Shown: piece by piece, positions 57,850 through 64,000 of the stretch | How the letters are laid out: every line of letters starts with the position of its first letter | Numbering within the stretch: the first letter of the stretch is position 1 | Made by a program: the position numbers and the translations under genes | Notes under the pieces: generated by a model | Told to the model about the DNA's origin: nothing | The model's input: the letters and a program-made list of their open reading frames with translations, nothing else | Databases searched by the model: none | Origin: Octopus sinensis | Taxonomy: Eukaryota | Assembly: GCF_006345805.1 (NCBI RefSeq) | Contig: NC_043010.1 | Coordinates: 29,822,001-29,886,000, forward strand | Length of the DNA: 64,000 bases | Direction of reading: 5' to 3'

Positions 57850-60150
57850 CAGTGTCTGCCAAACTTTTTTACCTTACGACACACTGGGCAAAGAGAAATT
57901 ATGTCGCGGCACACCAAATAAAAATCCCGACAAAATTGAATATACTTTATTAGTATGAATAAAAACAAATAGTAACAATAAAATAGCATTATTTTATGAA
58001 CATATAATATATATGTAAATGTATATATGTATGTATATATAGGTATTATAACAAAATAATAATGTTTTTAGTGAGGAGGATGCAACTAATTTTGTCAAAA
58101 CTCGGCTCTAAATTAGATCAACAAATACGTAACTCCTCATCTACCATCTGTAATCGTTTCCGTTTCTTCTTGACTTCATTTCCATAAGCGCAGAGATACT
58201 TAATTCGAAAAGATACGATGATCCAAAGGACAACAGAGATTTAAACGGCTGTAGTAGCTAACCGAGGATATTGGCTCCAAAGCGAAATCCAGAATTCTGA
58301 TAATTCTTATTTCTTTATTGCCCACAAGGAGCTAAACATAGAGGGGACAAACAAGGACAGACAAACGGATTAAGTTGATTATATCGACCCCAGTGCGTAA
58401 CTGGTACTTAATTTATCGACCCCGAAAGGATGAAAGGAAAAGTCGACCTCGGCGGAATTTGAACTCAGAACGAAGCGGCAGACGAAATACCGCAAAGCAT
58501 TTCGCCCGGCGTGCTAACGTTTCTGCCAGCTCGCCGCCTTCTGATAATTCTAACACAGAATATGAGGCTTTGTGCACAGGATCGTTTTTCAAGTCTATTA
58601 AAATTTTCTTCTGTTAATGTTAATGGCAGGTGTGTACTGTTGCATCTTGCAAAAGGATTGATGACCCACTCGTACATTTCATAATCAAGTGATGGAAAAT
58701 ACTTAGAAAATTATAGAGAAAGGTTTTCTATCTTCTGCACTTCTGACAAAATTTTAGATTTGTTTGGAAAAGCCTCTGCGCCTAGGAAGTAATCAATCTG
58801 CGAATTTTTAACTTCCCTTATCCACAATTCTAACTTGTCGGTGAAAAACTTTAATTTGCCTGTAATTGTAATAATATTTTCGTTCACTCCTAGCAGACTC
58901 AAAATTAAAACGTTCAACTTCTCAAAAAGATATTTGAGGAAAACTACTTCCAGCCGCAAATCATCATTGTTAAGAAGTTCAAATCCAGAATTTTCAGCAT
59001 CGAAGAAACATATTTCAGTTCGCAAAGAGATATATCGAGAGAGCACTTTTTTCTTTCGAGAGCCATCGCTCTTCAGTATGAAGCAGTAAACACTTAAAAT
59101 CAGAATCCATAGTTTCAAACAGGGAATCAAAAACTCTGCACCGTAGGGAATGCGATTTTATGTAATTCATCACTTTAACAACGTTGTCCATCGTCTTCAG
59201 GAGACCAGCAGGTAGAGATTTGGACACCAAAACTTCGCGGTGAATTATGCTATGTACAATTTTAACTTGTGAATTTTTTTGTAATACATGAGCGACGAAG
59301 CCTTTTTTTCGACCCTGCATGGAAGAAGCGCCATCAATGCAAACACCAATACAAGTTTACCACTGCATCCCTCTCAATACGACATTTTGGTTTACCAGGT
59401 TAAAGACATCTCCTGTCATTCTTTCCTTAAAAAAAAAAAAACTGACTTATGATTTTACCACCTCTGATGATTCGCAGAAATGACATTAGTTGAGTTTTAT
59501 CTGTACTTTTATCGATTTGTAAGGTCCACAAGTTTTCGAATTCATTTTTTGCTTCAGTGAAATGTTCCCGGAGCTCAACATCAACGTCTTGTGAAATGAC
59601 TTGAATTTTACGAGAAATTGTGTGAACAGGCAAAAGATTTGTTTGTTGGCTTCATCACTAATCATTGTAACAACGGCGATCTCCAAGGCTGTAGAATAAT
59701 GTTTTCAGCATCAGAATGTGACTTTTTTCTTCTTTGCCAAAAGCTGGACACTTTTGTAACTAATGATTTGAGCTTTTTCGGGAATTGATAGAAATTTCTT
59801 CGGCCTTCTTGATTGAATTTTAAAATTATTTCTTAGCATCTGAAAGTATTTTTTTGGTTTGCCTTATGTTACGGATGATTTGTTATTAAATGACGTTGAA
59901 GTTTACTGGGAACCATCACTTCATTTGAGAGTGTTGTTAAACAAATCGTACAAAAAGAAACCGGATAATATAAAGCCATATTGGATTTAATTTTCAATAT
60001 ATTTTCGTTTTGGTGAAGTGGACTTTATATTCTAGTATTCGTCTTGTTTGCTATGACTCTCTTTTTCATTTTCTGAGGTCTCAATAAAAATTTGTCCATG
60101 TTTCAATCTAAAACTAAAAATCGATTAAAATTAACATAAAATGATTTATG
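57850..60150 (-). mobile_element. hAT (Buster/Charlie-type) transposon with decayed transposase
   Basis: BED-like C..C..LSNE.M.PSKL.RHL..H, LQIDKSTD..QL..F.R, IIHREVL..K.LP...LLLHTE.RWLS and a dimerisation-domain relic; terminus CAGTGTCTGCCAAACTTTTT preceded by ctcTAaag (nnnTAnnn). Confidence 0.85.
58308..58538 (-). mobile_element. Young SINE family D inserted in the hAT 3' coding region
   Basis: 13-bp TSD ttctgataattct (58295-58307 and 58539-58551); intact ggcggcgagctggcagaaacg head. Confidence 0.92.
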
Positions 60151-60154
60151 TAAA

Positions 60155-60560
60155 TCTATATATATAAAACTGAGAATGTGTGTCTGTCTGTCTGTGTGAA
60201 TCCCTAAAACTTGAGAACTACACAATCAATTTCATTCAAATTTTACACATGCCTTACTTAGTAGTGTCATGGGCAAAAAATTCTAACTTCTTGCCTAGGG
60301 CGAGCCCACAGCAATATCATATCTTCTCCACTATTTCAGTATTACGTGTTAAAAGTGAAACAAAAACATCTCTCTATTGTAATGTCAGATACTTTCACTT
60401 TAATACTGAAACTATAAAAGTCAAACTATTATATAAGAGGGATGAACCATTAACAGTGGACATCCATTTTGCTAGAAGATCCGCTATGGTCTTATATGCT
60501 ACACCACTGGTTTTCAATTCATATTAATCAAATTAATATTCAATTTCTCACCCTTATTTT
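60155..60560 (+). mobile_element. Helitron-like 5' fragment truncating the hAT element
   Basis: A^TCTATATATATAAAACTG...(GTCT)n start similar to the H1 5' end; no CTAG end seen. Confidence 0.5.
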
Positions 60561-61224
60561 AAATTTAAATTTAAAGCCAGGACCATGTGTTTTGGAACGA
60601 AGTTTGTTACCACACAGCCACACCTGCACCTATGTATGTGTGTGTGTGTGTGTATGTGTGTATAGCTGTATATGTATACATTTATTTCTATACATATAGA
60701 TGTATATGTATACATGTATATGTGTAGATGTATATATATATATATATATAGATGTACATGAAATATGTACACATATATATTCACATATATACACCCATAC
60801 ATGCATACACACACACACACATACATAGGTGCAGGTGTGGCTGTATGGTAACAAACTTCGTTCCAAAACACATGGTCCTGGGTTCAGTCCCACTGTGTGG
60901 TGACTTAGCATGTGTCTTCTGCTATAGCCTCAGACCAACCAAAGCCTTGTCAGCGGATTTTGTTGACAGGAACTGAAAGAAATCAATCGTATATATATGT
61001 ATATATATATGTAAGTCTGTGTGTGTATCTTTGTGTTTCTCCCTCATCACTGCCTCACAACTGGTGTTCGTTTATTTACATCCCCATAACTTACTGGTTT
61101 CACAAGAAGAAACTGATAGAATAAGTACCAGGCTTATCAAAATAAAAAAAATCCCACTAGGTAGTATCTCATATTTTTGTTTGCAGTAACAATTTATCTT
61201 TGTGTGTGTGTATACATACATACA

Positions 61225-61258
<34 letters not shown>

Positions 61259-61313
61259 CATACATACATATATATATATGGATTTCGTAGACAGAAACTT
61301 AAAGAAATCAATC

Positions 61314-61351
<38 letters not shown>

Positions 61352-61372
61352 TATATATTATATATATATATA

Positions 61373-61415
<43 letters not shown>

Positions 61416-61714
61416 ATATATTTAAGTGTATGTGTGTAGCTTTGTTTCTGTGTTTCACCCTCATCACTGCTTCACAACTGCTGTTCGTTTATTTACATCC
61501 CCATAATTTACTGGTTTCACAAGAAGAAACTAATAGAATAAGTACCAAGCTTATCAACATAAAAAAAGCACTACGCTGTGTCTCATATTTTTGTTTGCCC
61601 ACTCAATTGTATCTATCAATTTATCTTTGTGTGTGTATATATATATATATATATATAATACACACACACACACACACATATATATATATGCATGTATGTA
61701 TATGTGTACATTCA

Positions 61715-63379
61715 TATTTATTATATCAAAGACAATGTCTTTATGTGTTCGTGTATTACTTATACATTCAAAAACTGCTGCACCGATCATAATGAAATTT
61801 CGAACACAAAATCCAAGCCTAGGGAGAAGGGTAATGCTGTGTGTTTCATACAATTTCATGGACCAAAATTACTGAATAGATCCTTATGATATTTGAAACT
61901 TAGATTCAATGCATAAGGGCGGGTATAATGCAATATGTTTGGTTTTAATTTCAGATGGCTTAAAAGGGGCAGAACCCCCCATGAAAATTCATAAATTTTC
62001 GATGTTGATGAAATTTCAATCATGGGTAATTGACACACATCATAAAGTATTCTCAAAGTTTCCACTTCACATGAGGATACTAAGACACCCTAATGGGGGC
62101 CTTAACTCCCAAATTTTAGTAATTTCTCTTATGATCCAAAACTAAGTCAAAAGTACTGAATGGATCTTTACGAAATTTGGAAATTATATTCTATGCATAA
62201 GGGCCACAACCCCTATGACAATTTATATATTTTGCTGTTGAAGAAATTTTAACCATAGATATTAGATACAGATGAAGTAATATTTATAAAATTTCATCTT
62301 CTTACAAGTTAGAAAGACCCCTTCATGGGGACTTAACACCCACAATTTTGTCATTTTATCTAAGCAAAGACGAATAGTTGTACTCTTGGAAGCTGTGGGG
62401 TCATCCGAGCATAGAAGATGCGCATTATTTGTAATTCAATGGTACAACAGTGTAAGAGTTTACTTTGACATACACTTAGATTGTGATTTCTGCAATGTGT
62501 TGCATAAATTGTCAAGTAAATGAGAGGCATCTTTGCCTCCACTGATTCAGTTGCAAAGTGTTGAGTAAAGTTATTTGATTGCAGATCTCCTTTCAGTCTT
62601 TTTATTATCACTGGATCACACATAGTCCCCAGATGGTAACATTGATTTCATGGCGTTCCCAGATGAGTGACTGGTTATTCAAAGATATTTATAGATTGTA
62701 TATTTATTCTGTCCAGTTACGTATCAGTATAGTGGTAATTTGCAAACTCCAACTTTCATTTCGCCTTAGCCCTCACGTCACACAGTTGTTAATGTTTATT
62801 TCAGTTGGGTCACGCCCTTCCAATTGCTATAGATTCGTAATGCATCTTACGGCTGTGCCTGTCACCTGGATGGTGAGGAATACTACATTGGGAGTGGTAA
62901 CGACTAGGGTACTGTAGCTGACTGCTTATTGTGATCATTCGTCCTTTGGTTTCCTGTAGCTTTGCTCTCTTTTACAAACCCAGTGAACATATATTTTCTA
63001 TTTCAAAGAAATTCAAACAATAGATATAAGACCCAAGTTAAAAAGATTCTCAGTAATTCAACTTCTCTGGTTGACATTAAGATGCCCACCCCCAACTCTC
63101 ACATTTTAGAGCTCCATGACCTCCATATTTCAGGAGCAAAATCCTTTTAACAGGTTCTATAAGACTGGAATTTTGGAATATGCGCATAAAAATCAGCAGT
63201 ATGGGATACATGTGGCACGATTACAATTTTGCTTGGGTGTGTAAAGAGGGAAATAACCCTCATCTGCAATTTTGATGAAATTCGAAACATAGGTATTCCA
63301 GTTCATTACAGAAAATATAACAGAAAAGTCAAATTCTTCAACTGTATGTAACTCGGACAACGCCGGGTAACTCTGCTAG
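61715..63379 (+). mobile_element. Non-autonomous Helitron H2, copy 2
   Basis: Colinear with 16745-18899 (one internal unit fewer, no SINE); ends ctcggacaacgccgggtaactctgCTAG^T. Confidence 0.75.
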
Positions 63380-63479
63380 TTATAAATTTAAAAAAAATTA
63401 AAAACTACTAAGACTACTAAACAATTTACTTACAAACAATCCCGGTTTAAAAGCTGAAATGTAATACATTCTTTTCCAC

Positions 63480-64000
63480 TCTATGCACAAAGCCCCAAAT
63501 TTTGGGGGATAGGGCCATTCGATTAGATCGAATTCAGTACGCAACTGGTACTTAATTTATCGACCCCGAAAGGATGAAAGGCAAAGTCGACCTCGGCTGA
63601 ATTTGAACTCAGAACGAAACGGCAGACGAAACACCGGTAAGCATTTTGCTAACGTTTCTGCCAATTCGCCGCCTTAGAAATGTAATAGACTTATTTCTTT
63701 ATTGCCCACCGTGGGGCTAAACATAGAAGGGACAAACAAGGACAGACAAAGGAACTAAGTCGATTACATCGAGCCCAGTGCGTAACAGGTACTTATTTAA
63801 TCGACCTCGAATGGATGAAAGGCTAAGTCGACCTCGGCGGAATTTGAACTCAGAACGCAGTGGCAGACGAAATACCTATTTCTTTACTACCCACAAGGGG
63901 CTAAACACAGAGAGGACAAAGAAGGACAGACATAGGTATTAAGTCGATTACATCGACCTCAGTGCGTAACTGGTACTTAATTTATCGACCCCGAAAGGAT
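63480..64000 (-). mobile_element. Three consecutive SINE family D copies
   Basis: Copies at about 63480-63675, 63690-63875 and 63876-64000 (runs off the window); the third abuts the interrupted head of the second. Confidence 0.85.

Overview
AT-rich, microsatellite- and transposon-dense eukaryotic DNA. The SINE/RTE/Helitron repertoire and the clustered single-coding-exon C2H2 zinc-finger genes fit an octopod cephalopod (Octopus sp.) best; this is recognition, not a database result. There are three intact C2H2-ZNF genes: A (445-1983, -, 7 near-identical fingers), B (23068-23610, +, 5 fingers) and C (34222-36408, -, 8 complete fingers plus 1 lacking its last His, polyQ-rich). Each has a splice acceptor upstream of the ATG and a candidate non-coding first exon 8.5-11.5 kb away in CpG-retaining unique DNA. 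A and B appear to share a head-to-head promoter at about 13.4-14.4 kb. The rest is mostly mobile DNA: a very young CsRn1-like Ty3/Gypsy element (50091-55137; LTRs differ by one 2-bp indel; 4-bp TSD; tRNA-Trp PBS; disrupted gag/pol), DD37D maT and mariner remnants, a Buster-type hAT, non-autonomous Helitrons, RTE LINE ends, Penelope-like ends carrying minimal hammerhead-ribozyme-like motifs, tRNA-derived SINEs, MITEs and several long hairpins. There is one 100-N assembly gap (14584-14683). The most interesting leads are the divergent ZNF pair with homogenised, possibly complementary recognition helices, the hammerhead-like motifs, and the young Gypsy element whose LTR carries ETS/NRF1-type motifs upstream of ZNF C.
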